Source: Candidatus Omnitrophota bacterium (lineage in GTDB: Bacteria; Omnitrophota; Gorgyraeia; Gygaellales; Profunditerraquicolaceae). From it: DNA of 64,000 nt. The notes beneath the pieces are model-generated. The model was given only the letters and a program-made list of their open reading frames with translations, searched no databases and was not told the DNA's origin. Shown piece by piece: positions 29,323 through 38,366 of this stretch. The stretch spans positions 5,052 to 69,051 of the forward strand of contig JAPLLR010000014.1 of assembly GCA_026387455.1 (NCBI GenBank), in the 5' to 3' direction. Position 1 is the stretch's first letter, and every line of letters begins with the position of its first letter. The position numbers were made by a program, and so were the translations under genes.

Positions 29323-30342
29323 TTAAAATTGCCTCAGGAACCTAAGGTCATTCTCAAAGAATAACCGTATGTCATTAATCCCATACTTAAGCATGGCGAT
29401 GCGCTCCACTCCCATACCAAAGGCGAAACCGGTGTATTTCTTTGGGTCAATCCCCACGTGACGGAAAACATTGGGGTGGATCATCCCCGAGCCCAGCACC
29501 TCAAGCCAACCCTTTCTTCCACATACAGAACAACCCTTCCCTTTACAGATAATACACGATATATCCACCTCTGCTGAAGGCTCAGTAAAAGGAAAGAAGT
29601 GCGGCCGAAAACGCATCTTGATATCGTTTCCAAAAACAGCCTTGGCAAAAGTTTCCAAAACACCTTTTAAATCCGAGAACTTGATATCTGTGTCCACGAT
29701 AAACCCTTCGATCTGGTGGAACATGAAAGAGTGCGATGCATCCACTGCATCCGGCCGATATACCCGACCCGGAACCACAATGGCCAAAGGCGGCTTGCGC
29801 GATTTCATCGCTCTTATCTGCACCGGCGAAGTATGGCTGCGCAAAAGCAGTTTGGAGTAATCCTTTAAATAGAAGGTGTCAAATGCGTCACGGGAAGGGT
29901 GGTCTAGGGGAATATTTAACCCAGTGAAATTATTAAACTCCGTCTCGATCTCCGGGCCCTCAACAATAGAAAAACCCAACTGGGTAAATATGGCGCAGAT
30001 CTCATCGATTACTTGGGTTAGGGGGTGTATGTGGCCAAGCTCTTGCGCGATCCCCGGCATAAAAATATCGTTGCCTGATGCACCGGAAACCTTGGTATCC
30101 TGGCCACCCGACAATGCCCTCTGTTTCTCGGCGATCAACTCATTGATACGACCCTTAAGCGCATTGGCCTCCTGGCCGAATTTACCCCGCTCCTCTTTAG
30201 GCAGCGTGGGGATCAATCCGGTAAGCTCGGCAACAATGCCTTTCCTACCCAGATATTTAAGCCGGAAATCCTCCAGCGCCTGAAGAGAGGCAATCGCCTG
30301 AATATCGGCATCTAACTGCGCTTTGATCGAGTAAATATCCAT
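29323..30342 (-). CDS. pheS: Phenylalanine--tRNA ligase alpha subunit
   Basis: HPSRD..DTFY, FHQIEG, FPFTEPS, GFAFGMG.ER. Confidence 0.97.
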   Translation of the reverse strand: MDIYSIKAQLDADIQAIASLQALEDFRLKYLGRKGIVAELTGLIPTLPKEERGKFGQEANALKGRINELIAEKQRALSGGQDTKVSGASGNDIFMPGIAQELGHIHPLTQVIDEICAIFTQLGFSIVEGPEIETEFNNFTGLNIPLDHPSRDAFDTFYLKDYSKLLLRSHTSPVQIRAMKSRKPPLAIVVPGRVYRPDAVDASHSFMFHQIEGFIVDTDIKFSDLKGVLETFAKAVFGNDIKMRFRPHFFPFTEPSAEVDISCIICKGKGCSVCGRKGWLEVLGSGMIHPNVFRHVGIDPKKYTGFAFGMGVERIAMLKYGINDIRLFFENDLRFLRQF

Positions 30343-30794
30343 AAAACGATAAATGCTCCCAATAAGAAAATAATGAAATTTCTTTTTTTTCTACTCGGCA
30401 CATTCGGTATCAGGGTTCCGCAGGAAATCCTGCGCAACCCTTGAGCATGCAGATCCATATCTCCGCCATGCTCCGGGCAGGCCCGGTGAAAAACTCCCAC
30501 CACCTCTATCTTATCCCCGGTTTCCCGGTGGCTTCCTGTATGATCAATACCTGCGGCCAAAGATGCACTCATCCATACCCCTAAGGCATCGTCGTAATTA
30601 TAAACATTTACCCAAGCGAAATTCCCCCGCCGCATCACATCTCCAATGACCTCTCCTTCAAAGGTTATGGTTTTCCCGTCGAAGGACTTGACATTTTTGA
30701 TGATCTCAGCCACAGAAAGAGGCTGGGCGTAAAGTGCGATTGGCAGCATCATCAACGCCAGAAATCCCGATATCTGCAAAATGTTTTTTCTCAC
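30312..30794 (-). CDS. Exported OB-fold hypothetical protein with C-terminal TM helix
   Basis: Likely GTG 30794 overlapping trkH stop (GTGA); GEVIGD, GD.IEV.GVF, CPEHGGDMDLH. Confidence 0.65.
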   Translation of the reverse strand: MRKNILQISGFLALMMLPIALYAQPLSVAEIIKNVKSFDGKTITFEGEVIGDVMRRGNFAWVNVYNYDDALGVWMSASLAAGIDHTGSHRETGDKIEVVGVFHRACPEHGGDMDLHAQGLRRISCGTLIPNVPSRKKRNFIIFLLGAFIVLWIFTRSKRS

Positions 30795-32296
30795 TTTTTC
30801 CCCTTGAAAACTGCGAACAAAAAGCCAAGTAAAGTAAATATGGAAAGAAATTCCAGGCGGCCTGCCCACATCTGAAATATATACACAACCTTTAAACCGT
30901 TAGGCATACCTACGGAAGTGACTCCGCAAGTCAATCCCACGTTCGCCGCGGCGGATGTAGACTCAAACAAAGAGTCCAAAAACGGGTAGCCGTAAAAAGT
31001 CCCGGCGAACGCGCCCAGGATATAAAGCACCAAATAGCATAGCGTAATCATAAGCGCACTTCTGGCCAGTTTATCCTCTAAAAATATTTCTTTGATGTGG
31101 TGAAACTTCTTCACCACGATCGCTTTCTCCGGCATGATGATGCGCTTGATATCTTCGCCTAGCGCGGTAAAGATCACGCCAACCCTGAGCATCTTGATCG
31201 CGCCGGTAGTCGAACACACCGCGCCTCCGAGGGCCATGGCAATGATCACCCCCACTATCGCCAGATGGTTCCAGTCGCTCATAAATTGCTGGTCATAAAG
31301 GGTCTGAAAACCCGTCCCGGTGTGACCGGAGATCAGTTGATAAAAGCCCTTACGAAAAAGCCCTTCGGCATTAGGATATATCCCAACCTGAGTAAGTCCC
31401 ACTGCCACGATCCCAAAAGTAACCATGACCGTGATAAAAAGAGTCACTGTTTCTATATTTTTAAACACCTCTTTACGGTTTCCCGTCCAAATATGATAGT
31501 GCAGCTTGAAATTTATCGCCCCCAGGATCATAATCATGATGGTCACTATCTCATAAAGAAAACTATGGTAATAAAGGATGTTCTGCGACTGCGGGGTAAA
31601 CCCTCCGGTATCAAAAGCAGCCATGAAATTGCAGACCCCGTGGAAAAACGCGTTCATCGGCCGCATCCCTTCCCAGATCCCTACAAGGCCCAAGGCCAGG
31701 GTACCCAACACAAGATAAGTCAAACTAACGATCCAGATAAAACGGGCAGTATTTATGACGTTGGGCAGGATCCGCTCATCGCGTGCTTCACCAACATACA
31801 TCTTAAATGCGCCGCTCATCCCTTTTACAAAGAAAGACAGCGCGACAACCACCACGCCCTGACCTCCAATAAACATGATAAAATGCCGCCAAAAATTATG
31901 CGCATAGGAAAGGTGATCTAAATCCTGCACTAGCACCAGGCCGGTGGTCGCAAGACCAGACATAGCGTCAAAACAGGCGTCCAAGAAAGATTTCCAATGG
32001 CCGCTTAAATATAAAGGAATAGCTCCCAGAACCATGGCCGCAAGCCATGCCAGACTGACCACAATCATCCCGTGCATCCAGTTCATATCCTTTTCAGTGA
32101 AGCAAAAAACCGTCAGCAAGTATCCGCAGATAGTAGAGATGATAATACCGAGAACAAAATCCAGGGTGGGGTTTATTTCGCCAAAACCCAGACCTATAGC
32201 GATAGGCACAGTCATGGTCAAAGCCAAACCTAAAATGATTTTGCCTAAATAATATCCGATTATCTTCAGGTCTTCGAGGCGGGGTTTTAGGATCAT
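30791..32296 (-). CDS. trkH: TrkH/KtrB potassium uptake membrane protein
   Basis: Four pore-loop motifs (ATTG, DTGG, TGTG, ANVG), GRLE. Confidence 0.92.
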   Translation of the reverse strand: MILKPRLEDLKIIGYYLGKIILGLALTMTVPIAIGLGFGEINPTLDFVLGIIISTICGYLLTVFCFTEKDMNWMHGMIVVSLAWLAAMVLGAIPLYLSGHWKSFLDACFDAMSGLATTGLVLVQDLDHLSYAHNFWRHFIMFIGGQGVVVVALSFFVKGMSGAFKMYVGEARDERILPNVINTARFIWIVSLTYLVLGTLALGLVGIWEGMRPMNAFFHGVCNFMAAFDTGGFTPQSQNILYYHSFLYEIVTIMIMILGAINFKLHYHIWTGNRKEVFKNIETVTLFITVMVTFGIVAVGLTQVGIYPNAEGLFRKGFYQLISGHTGTGFQTLYDQQFMSDWNHLAIVGVIIAMALGGAVCSTTGAIKMLRVGVIFTALGEDIKRIIMPEKAIVVKKFHHIKEIFLEDKLARSALMITLCYLVLYILGAFAGTFYGYPFLDSLFESTSAAANVGLTCGVTSVGMPNGLKVVYIFQMWAGRLEFLSIFTLLGFLFAVFKGKK

Positions 32297-32409
32297 AACT
32301 TCCAGGTCAATGCCAGGCAGATAATAAACGCTGCCAGCATTATAGCAAGGGTATAGGCGACTTCGGTAATAATGCCTAAGGTTATGTTTAAGGGAATATT
32401 GATTCTCAT
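32293..32409 (-). CDS. 38-aa single-TM small protein in trk operon
   Basis: MRINIPLNITLGIITEVAYTLAIMLAAFIICLALTWKL; starts 1 nt after trkA stop, ATGA overlap with trkH. Confidence 0.65.
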   Translation of the reverse strand: MRINIPLNITLGIITEVAYTLAIMLAAFIICLALTWKL

Positions 32410-32410
32410 T

Positions 32411-33073
32411 TTAAAATTTACCGGCTAAGAGATTGAGAAGTTGCGGCTCGTTACCAATAAGGGTAATAGCAATAACATCGTCACCGTTTTTAAAAACAGT
32501 ATCGCCTTTAGGAACAATAACCTCCTCACCGCGCAATACCGAAACAATAACTGAGTCCGGAGGCAACTGGATACTTTTTAGCTCTTTCCCAACCACGGGA
32601 GAGTCTTCAGGAAGATCCAGACGCACGATAGCAAGCTTGCCCCGCTTAAAACTCATGAGATTTACGAAATCCGAGAATGATACTTCTTCCTCGATAATTT
32701 TGGCAATGATCTTGGTGGAGTCAACCGGCACGTCAATGCCTAGTTGGGTGAAGGTATGCTCGTCTCCGGGATTGTTCACCCGGCCGACAGTGCGGTTTAC
32801 ATTAAAACGCTCCTTGGCCAGCTGGCAGATAATCAGATTATCCTCATCGTCACCGGTGACCGCAGCCAGTACATCCGCGCGCTCAATCCCCGCCTCTTCA
32901 AGCACGGCCGGCTCGCATCCGTCGCCGTTAATCACCAACGCTTCCAGCTCCCGGGCGATCTCCTCGCAAAGCGCTTTATCTTTTTCTACCACGCTTACGG
33001 TATGCTTGCTAACGCAAAGTCTTTTGGCAAGGTAATACCCGATCTTTCCCGCGCCTACAATAATAATATACAT
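32411..33073 (-). CDS. trkA: TrkA/KtrA RCK potassium uptake regulator
   Basis: GAGKIG, GDG, TGDDEDN, RCK-C domain. Confidence 0.92.
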   Translation of the reverse strand: MYIIIVGAGKIGYYLAKRLCVSKHTVSVVEKDKALCEEIARELEALVINGDGCEPAVLEEAGIERADVLAAVTGDDEDNLIICQLAKERFNVNRTVGRVNNPGDEHTFTQLGIDVPVDSTKIIAKIIEEEVSFSDFVNLMSFKRGKLAIVRLDLPEDSPVVGKELKSIQLPPDSVIVSVLRGEEVIVPKGDTVFKNGDDVIAITLIGNEPQLLNLLAGKF

Positions 33074-33082
33074 AATTAGCCC

Positions 33083-33730
33083 CTATTTAAGTTGAAAACG
33101 CCCGCGGACCTTGTTAAGGCTGGAGACCTTTACTACCGCCATCAGCGTATCCTTATTCTTAAGCAGCGTATGCGCTTCCGGAATAATGATCCCATCCATC
33201 CTTTTAATGGCTACCACCAAAAATTCTCCTGGCATATTGATGCCTTTGATATGCTCACCGATGAGATTGTCCTTGACTTCGATCTCAATGACTCCCAGAT
33301 CCTTGGATTCAATCAGGTAGCTGGAAAACCGGCTTTCAATGATCTTATCTCGCAACATGGACGAAAAAAGCATCGTTCCGCTGATGATATCAAGGCCCAG
33401 CGCGGTATAGATATGCGCGCGCTGTGGGTCATAGACGCGGGCAAAAACTTTAGGCACCTTGAATATCTTTTTAGCGACCTGCGCGCAGATCAGATTAGTA
33501 TTATCGCCATTAGTCACCGCACAAAAGGCGTCGGCCTTTTCGATCCCCGCCTGTTTCAAAAGCTCCAGATCAAAACCATTGCCAACAGACATTACCCCGT
33601 TAAAAGAACCGCCTAGGCGGTCGAACGCCGCACGGTTTCTATCAATGACCACCACGTTATGGCCTTCTTGGGCCAAAAGCTTGGACAGCTCCGCCCCTAC
33701 CCTGCCGCAACCAACAATTAGAATATACAT
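33083..33730 (-). CDS. trkA: TrkA/KtrA RCK potassium uptake regulator (second paralogue)
   Basis: GCGRVG, TNGDNTN, RCK-C domain. Confidence 0.92.
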   Translation of the reverse strand: MYILIVGCGRVGAELSKLLAQEGHNVVVIDRNRAAFDRLGGSFNGVMSVGNGFDLELLKQAGIEKADAFCAVTNGDNTNLICAQVAKKIFKVPKVFARVYDPQRAHIYTALGLDIISGTMLFSSMLRDKIIESRFSSYLIESKDLGVIEIEVKDNLIGEHIKGINMPGEFLVVAIKRMDGIIIPEAHTLLKNKDTLMAVVKVSSLNKVRGRFQLK

Positions 33731-33731
33731 T

Positions 33732-34079
33732 TTATCCCCTGGCTAATTCCACCAGCTTTTTAAATGCCGCTGCATCTTTCACTGCTAGATCCGCCATAAT
33801 CTTACGGTCCAGAGTGATCTTTGCTTTCTTTAAGCCGTTAATAAACCTGCTGTAGGTAATATCATTTAAGCGGCAGGCTGCGTTGATACGCACTATCCAC
33901 AATGAACGAAACTCGCGTTTCTTAACCCGCCTATCCCTGTAAGCGTAGACCTTCGCATGCTGAAGCGCACGCTTGGCCTGCTGATATTGCTTACTGCGGT
34001 CACCCCAAAAGCCTTTTGCGGCCTTAAGCGTCCTCTTCTTGCGCCGTCTCGTTGCTACACTATGCTTGATCTTTGCCAT
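33732..34079 (-). CDS. rplT: 50S ribosomal protein L20
   Basis: AKGFWG, YAYRDR, FRSLWI.RINAA. Confidence 0.97.
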   Translation of the reverse strand: MAKIKHSVATRRRKKRTLKAAKGFWGDRSKQYQQAKRALQHAKVYAYRDRRVKKREFRSLWIVRINAACRLNDITYSRFINGLKKAKITLDRKIMADLAVKDAAAFKKLVELARG

Positions 34080-34091
34080 TTCATTTTTCTC

Positions 34092-34292
34092 CTATCCGTA
34101 CGGTAACATGCTTTTAATAAACGCCGTAGTCTTCCTGTCCCCTAGAGTATCCGCCCGGCGAAGTTTGCGGATCCTCTTGGATTTTTTGCACGTTGCAAGA
34201 TGGCCCTTGCCGCAGTGCGAATATTTTACTTTTCTTTTTTTAGTCAGCCTAAAGCGTTTTGCCACGCCTTTTTTGGTCTTTAATTTTGGCAT
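34092..34292 (-). CDS. rpmI: 50S ribosomal protein L35
   Basis: MPKLKT.KG.AKRF, between infC and rplT. Confidence 0.95.
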   Translation of the reverse strand: MPKLKTKKGVAKRFRLTKKRKVKYSHCGKGHLATCKKSKRIRKLRRADTLGDRKTTAFIKSMLPYG

Positions 34293-34311
34293 TGATTACC
34301 CTCTTTTCCTT

Positions 34312-34818
34312 TTATTTAGGCGACAACACGAAAGACATGATCCTGCCTTCCATGCCCGGATTTTTCTCTACCATGCCGTTGGACTGCGTATCGGTGATAA
34401 ATTTATCCAGGATCTTTCTTCCTATGTCGATGTGCTCCATCTGCCTTCCGCGGAAGAACATGTTCACCCTTACCTTGTCATTTCTCTTTAAAAATTCAAC
34501 CGCCTGCTTTACCTTGGTCATATAGTCATGCTCATCAATATTCGGTTTAAGGCGGATCTCTTTTAATTTGCTTTGCTTTTGGTGTTTCTTGGCCTCGCGC
34601 TCTTTCTTTTCCTGATCGTACTTGAACTTACTGTAATCGATGATGCGGCATACCGGCGGCACGGCCGTGACTGCCACCTCGACTAAATCCAGCTCATACT
34701 GGTTTGCCAGGTCAAGTGCCCGCTGAATAGAAACCACTCCCAATTGCCCACCGTCGGGTCCAATCAGACGGACCTGCGCGACTCGGATCTTTTCGTTGAT
34801 GCGGATAAAATTTTTTAT
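34312..34818 (-). CDS. infC: Translation initiation factor IF-3, probable ATA start
   Basis: RINEKI, LDLVEV, PPVCRI.DY.KF.Y; AGGAGG 6 nt before in-frame ATA at 34818. Confidence 0.93.
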   Translation of the reverse strand: MKNFIRINEKIRVAQVRLIGPDGGQLGVVSIQRALDLANQYELDLVEVAVTAVPPVCRIIDYSKFKYDQEKKEREAKKHQKQSKLKEIRLKPNIDEHDYMTKVKQAVEFLKRNDKVRVNMFFRGRQMEHIDIGRKILDKFITDTQSNGMVEKNPGMEGRIMSFVLSPK

Positions 34819-34890
34819 AGCCAGCCTCCTTTGAATTTTGCGCATACGACCAAAGCAAACGCTCCTGACGGGATACCGTCAGTCGCAGTA

Positions 34891-36609
34891 CTATTGGCGT
34901 TGTGCGATTTGCTGTTTAATACTTTTTATGAACTGGGCCAAAGGTTGTGCCCCCTTGTCCCCAACACCTTTTTTTCTCACTGCCACCGCTTCCTGCGCCG
35001 CCTCTCGCTCACCTACCACCAGGACATAAGGAATCTTGCTTACCTCAGCGTTGCGGATCTTTTTATTCAAAGTCTCGCTACTGTCATCGATTAAAGCGCG
35101 GATTCCCTCGTCCAACAAAGCCTTCTTTACTCCTGCCGCGTAAGCGCTAACTGTATCTTTGATAGGAATAATCACCACTTGTTCCGGAGAAAGCCACAAG
35201 GGCAACTCGCCGTTATAATGTTCTAGTAATGCGCCGATAAAACGCTCTAAGCTGCCCAGCAAAACCCTGTGCAACATGACCGGCTGTTTTTCTTTTCCGT
35301 CGGAATCAATATAGGCCAGGTTAAACCTTTTAGGCAGCGCAAAATCACATTGTATTGTCGCGCACTGCCAGGAGCGCTTCAGCGCATCCTTTAATTTAAT
35401 ATCGATTTTTGGGCCATAAAATGCGCCATCCCCCTCGTTGATCTCATAATGCAGACCCTTGGCTTTTAAAGCGCCTTCCAAGGCATCAGTCGCCCTCTGC
35501 CAATCCTCCAGACTACCGATGTATTTTTCCGGCCGGGTGCTTAATTCTATTCCCACATCATTAAAACCGAAAACCTTCATGGTCTCAAAAACAAAATCAA
35601 TGATCGCCTTTATTTCATCTTCTAATTGTTCCGGCAGACAGAAAATATGCGCGTCATCCTGAGTGAATCCCCGGACACGCAAGAGCCCATGCAAAACCCC
35701 GGCTTTTTCGTGACGGTAAACCGTGCCCAGCTCAAAGTACCTGATAGGTAAAGCCTTGTAACTGCGGGTTTTTGATTTGTAAATCAAAATATGCCCGGGG
35801 CAGTTCATCGGCTTGATCACGCTTTCTTTATCATCTACTTTAAAGATGTACATGTTCTCTTTATAATAGTCATAATGGCCGCTGGTCTTCCAGAGTTCTG
35901 CCTGCATGATATTCGGGGTGATCACCAGATCGTACCCGCGCTTTAAATGCTGCTCCTTTTCATAATCCTCGATGATCTTGCGTAACATCGCGCCTTTAGG
36001 ATGATAAAAGACTAACCCGGCACCCGCCTCTTCATGATAGATATCAAAAAACCCTAATGCCGGCCCCAGCTTTCTGTGATCGCGCTTCTTAGCTTCTTCC
36101 AAATTCTTTAAATACTCATCTAATTCTTTTTGCGTAAGAAAACAGGTTCCGTAGATTCTCTGCAGCATGGGATTAGTCTCTATCCCGTGCCAGTAAGCCC
36201 CGGCTACAGACAATAATTTAAAAGCCTTGATCTCGCCGGTTGAGCCTACATGCGGGCCGCGGCATAGATCAGTAAAACCTTTTCCGGTCTGATAGATAGA
36301 GATTGATTCGTCCCCCAACCCCTTGATCAGGTCTATCTTATAATCCTCACCCATATTGGCGAATAGATCCAGCGCTGCCTGCTTGTTTAATTCCTCGCGC
36401 ACAAAGGGCTCATTTCTTGCGATCATCTCGCGCATCTTGGCCTCAATCTTAGCGATATCCTCGTCGGTAAAAGGTTCTTTCTTATCAAAATCATAGTAAA
36501 ACCCATCTTCGATAGAAGGGCCGATACCAAGCTTGGCCTCAGGCCAAATTTCTTTTACCGCCTGAGCCATGATGTGCGAACAAGAGTGTCGTAGAGTTGC
36601 CAGATCCAT
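34891..36609 (-). CDS. thrS: Threonine--tRNA ligase (lacks N-terminal TGS domain)
   Basis: RHSCSH, DLCRGPH, KPMNCP, RVRGFTQDDAH. Confidence 0.97.
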   Translation of the reverse strand: MDLATLRHSCSHIMAQAVKEIWPEAKLGIGPSIEDGFYYDFDKKEPFTDEDIAKIEAKMREMIARNEPFVREELNKQAALDLFANMGEDYKIDLIKGLGDESISIYQTGKGFTDLCRGPHVGSTGEIKAFKLLSVAGAYWHGIETNPMLQRIYGTCFLTQKELDEYLKNLEEAKKRDHRKLGPALGFFDIYHEEAGAGLVFYHPKGAMLRKIIEDYEKEQHLKRGYDLVITPNIMQAELWKTSGHYDYYKENMYIFKVDDKESVIKPMNCPGHILIYKSKTRSYKALPIRYFELGTVYRHEKAGVLHGLLRVRGFTQDDAHIFCLPEQLEDEIKAIIDFVFETMKVFGFNDVGIELSTRPEKYIGSLEDWQRATDALEGALKAKGLHYEINEGDGAFYGPKIDIKLKDALKRSWQCATIQCDFALPKRFNLAYIDSDGKEKQPVMLHRVLLGSLERFIGALLEHYNGELPLWLSPEQVVIIPIKDTVSAYAAGVKKALLDEGIRALIDDSSETLNKKIRNAEVSKIPYVLVVGEREAAQEAVAVRKKGVGDKGAQPLAQFIKSIKQQIAQRQ

Positions 36610-36756
36610 GGATTCCTTATTTTGCTATCGAAAATACTACAAAATTAATGTACTACGCTCGCTACATCCCTTGTCGGGCTGCGCCTCGCCCCCCCCTGGG
36701 GCTCGGCAGCGCTCGCTTTAGTACAATTAAATTTTTCTTTGTCAGAAAAATTTAAT

Positions 36757-36830
36757 TGGGCCCAAGAGGACTTGAACCTCTGACCTTTGCGATGTCAACG
36801 CAACGCTCTAACCAACTGAGCTATGAGCCC
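36757..36830 (-). tRNA. tRNA-Val(GAC)
   Basis: GGGCTCA acceptor, anticodon arm TTGCG-TTGACAT-CGCAA. Confidence 0.95.
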
Positions 36831-37029
36831 TTCAACTTTACTCGTTGAAGCCACCCTAGAATAGGATGAGCCCTGGAGCACAAAAAAGTTCTATTTAGTG
36901 ACATTCCGACGAGTGTGTTAAAATTTTGCAAAAATTTTAACACATGTTACGAGTCGGAACGAAAACAAAAATCTTTATTGAACTCGACGGCACAGATTTT
37001 GCCTGAAATTGATAGCGTGCAAAATCTAG

Positions 37030-37112
37030 TGGGCAAGGAGGGAGTTGAACCCTCACGGCCTTACGGCCAAAGGATTTTAAGTCCTTCGTGTATGCCATTC
37101 CACCACTTGCCC
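37030..37112 (-). tRNA. tRNA-Leu(TAA)
   Basis: GGGCAAG acceptor, AAGGA-CTTAAAA-TCCTT, long variable arm GGCC-GTAA-GGCC. Confidence 0.95.
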
Positions 37113-37365
37113 TCAATGAGGCCACACTTTATGGAGGGCTCGTTTCACTCGCTCCGACATAAAGTGTATGGCCGAATTGATCCCGCCGAATGCGCCAAAA
37201 TTTTCTGGCGCGAAGCGCCGTGAAATTTTGGCAGCGTTTATGAGGCGGGATAAACGGCATAACTTCACCCCTCGTGTAAACGCTTGTCAATTCCTGTGGG
37301 GTGCCTCAGAAATTGACTGCGCACACTTCGGGTGATTTTGCCTAAACTAAACTACAGCAAAATTC

Positions 37366-37437
37366 AGGCGACGAGCGGATTCGAACCGCTGGATAACTCC
37401 TTTGCAGAGAGCTGCCTTACCACTTGGCTACGTCGCC
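37366..37437 (-). tRNA. tRNA-Cys(GCA)
   Basis: GGCGACG acceptor, CTGCAAA anticodon loop, U discriminator. Confidence 0.95.
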
Positions 37438-37456
37438 ATATAAAAGAACTGTAAAA

Positions 37457-37996
37457 CTAAAGAACTTTTATTGTCTCTTTAACGATTGTTTCGACCTCCG
37501 CCAAGCAGCCCACCCCCATCTTGCCACAGGCAAGCTTGCCGGTTCGCGGCTGTATAAATCTATATCCCAAAGACTTTAGTTTCTGGATGTTTCCCTGGGT
37601 GATCTTATTTTTGTACATATTCTCGTTCATCGCCGGAGCTACCAACACCGGCGCTTTTGTGGCGCAAATCACGCAGGTCAGCAGGTCATCGCAGATCCCG
37701 CCGGCAACTTTCGCAATCACGTTGGCGGTTGCCGGAGCGACCAACACACAATCCGCCTTATCAGCAAGAGAAATATGCTCTATCTCCCAGCTCTCGGGTG
37801 AATCAAATAATCCGCGGTACACATTGTTGCCCGAAAGACTCTCAAAAAGAACCGGCTTAATCAGCTCCTCAGCCTCCCGAGTCATCACCACTGTGACACT
37901 ACACCCCTCGGCCCTAAGCTTGCGCACGATATCGCAGGCTTTATAAATAGCCACGCTGGCGGTAACCCCTAGGATTATATTCTTAGCCTTCGCCAC
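37457..37996 (-). CDS. coaC: Phosphopantothenoylcysteine decarboxylase (stand-alone CoaC domain)
   Basis: APATAN, PAMN..M, LACG..G.G; ends where the CoaB domain would begin. Confidence 0.9.
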   Translation of the reverse strand: MAKAKNIILGVTASVAIYKACDIVRKLRAEGCSVTVVMTREAEELIKPVLFESLSGNNVYRGLFDSPESWEIEHISLADKADCVLVAPATANVIAKVAGGICDDLLTCVICATKAPVLVAPAMNENMYKNKITQGNIQKLKSLGYRFIQPRTGKLACGKMGVGCLAEVETIVKETIKVL

Positions 37997-37997
37997 G

Positions 37998-38213
37998 TTA
38001 ATCCGCGCTCTTTGCTTTCTTCCACTGCAGCTTCCCCTCGACGATTTCCTGCAGCGCCACAGTAGAAGGCTTCATATCTAAAGGTGCACTTACCATCCTG
38101 GGCTGGCCCTCAGCGATCTCTAGCGCCCGACGGGAAGCCAAAATCACCAATTTATAAACCGATTCACGAGTATTGCTTTTATCTAAAAGTTTTTCCAAAG
38201 CCACGTACCCCAT
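37998..38213 (-). CDS. rpoZ: RNA polymerase omega subunit
   Basis: S.YKLV..ASRRA.EI, KP.TVALQEI; gmk-rpoZ-coaBC context. Confidence 0.9.
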   Translation of the reverse strand: MGYVALEKLLDKSNTRESVYKLVILASRRALEIAEGQPRMVSAPLDMKPSTVALQEIVEGKLQWKKAKSAD

Positions 38214-38225
38214 CAGCTACCTCCT

Positions 38226-38357
38226 TGCGCAGTAAGCGCAACACTGGCCTATCCTTTAAGGCCAGGTGTAAAGCAGAAAGCGCAACACTGGCCTATCCTG
38301 CCCAGAATGGGCGCACTTGGCAATCATTTATGCCAAGGTGCTTTAAGGCCAGGTGTA
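38226..38357. repeat. Tandem and nested copies of the 45-nt double-hairpin element
   Basis: Copy at 38226-38270, second copy 38271-38357 interrupted by a diverged third copy at 38300-38341. Confidence 0.75.
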
Positions 38358-38366
38358 TTACCTATC

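Noticed and set aside
36689-36696. Poly-C run as a phase-variation tract
   Set aside because: Intergenic and part of a GC-rich palindrome downstream of tRNA-Val; no frame or promoter spacing depends on it
36915-37223. ORFs over the tRNA cluster, and 52648..52842 over tRNA-Glu
   Set aside because: Explained by tRNA genes and palindromes
38253-38265. CCTTTAAGGCCAG shared with the PyrR leader at 61316-61328
   Set aside because: The gmk-rpoZ copy lacks the CAGAGAGG loop and is on the non-transcribed strand; probably coincidental
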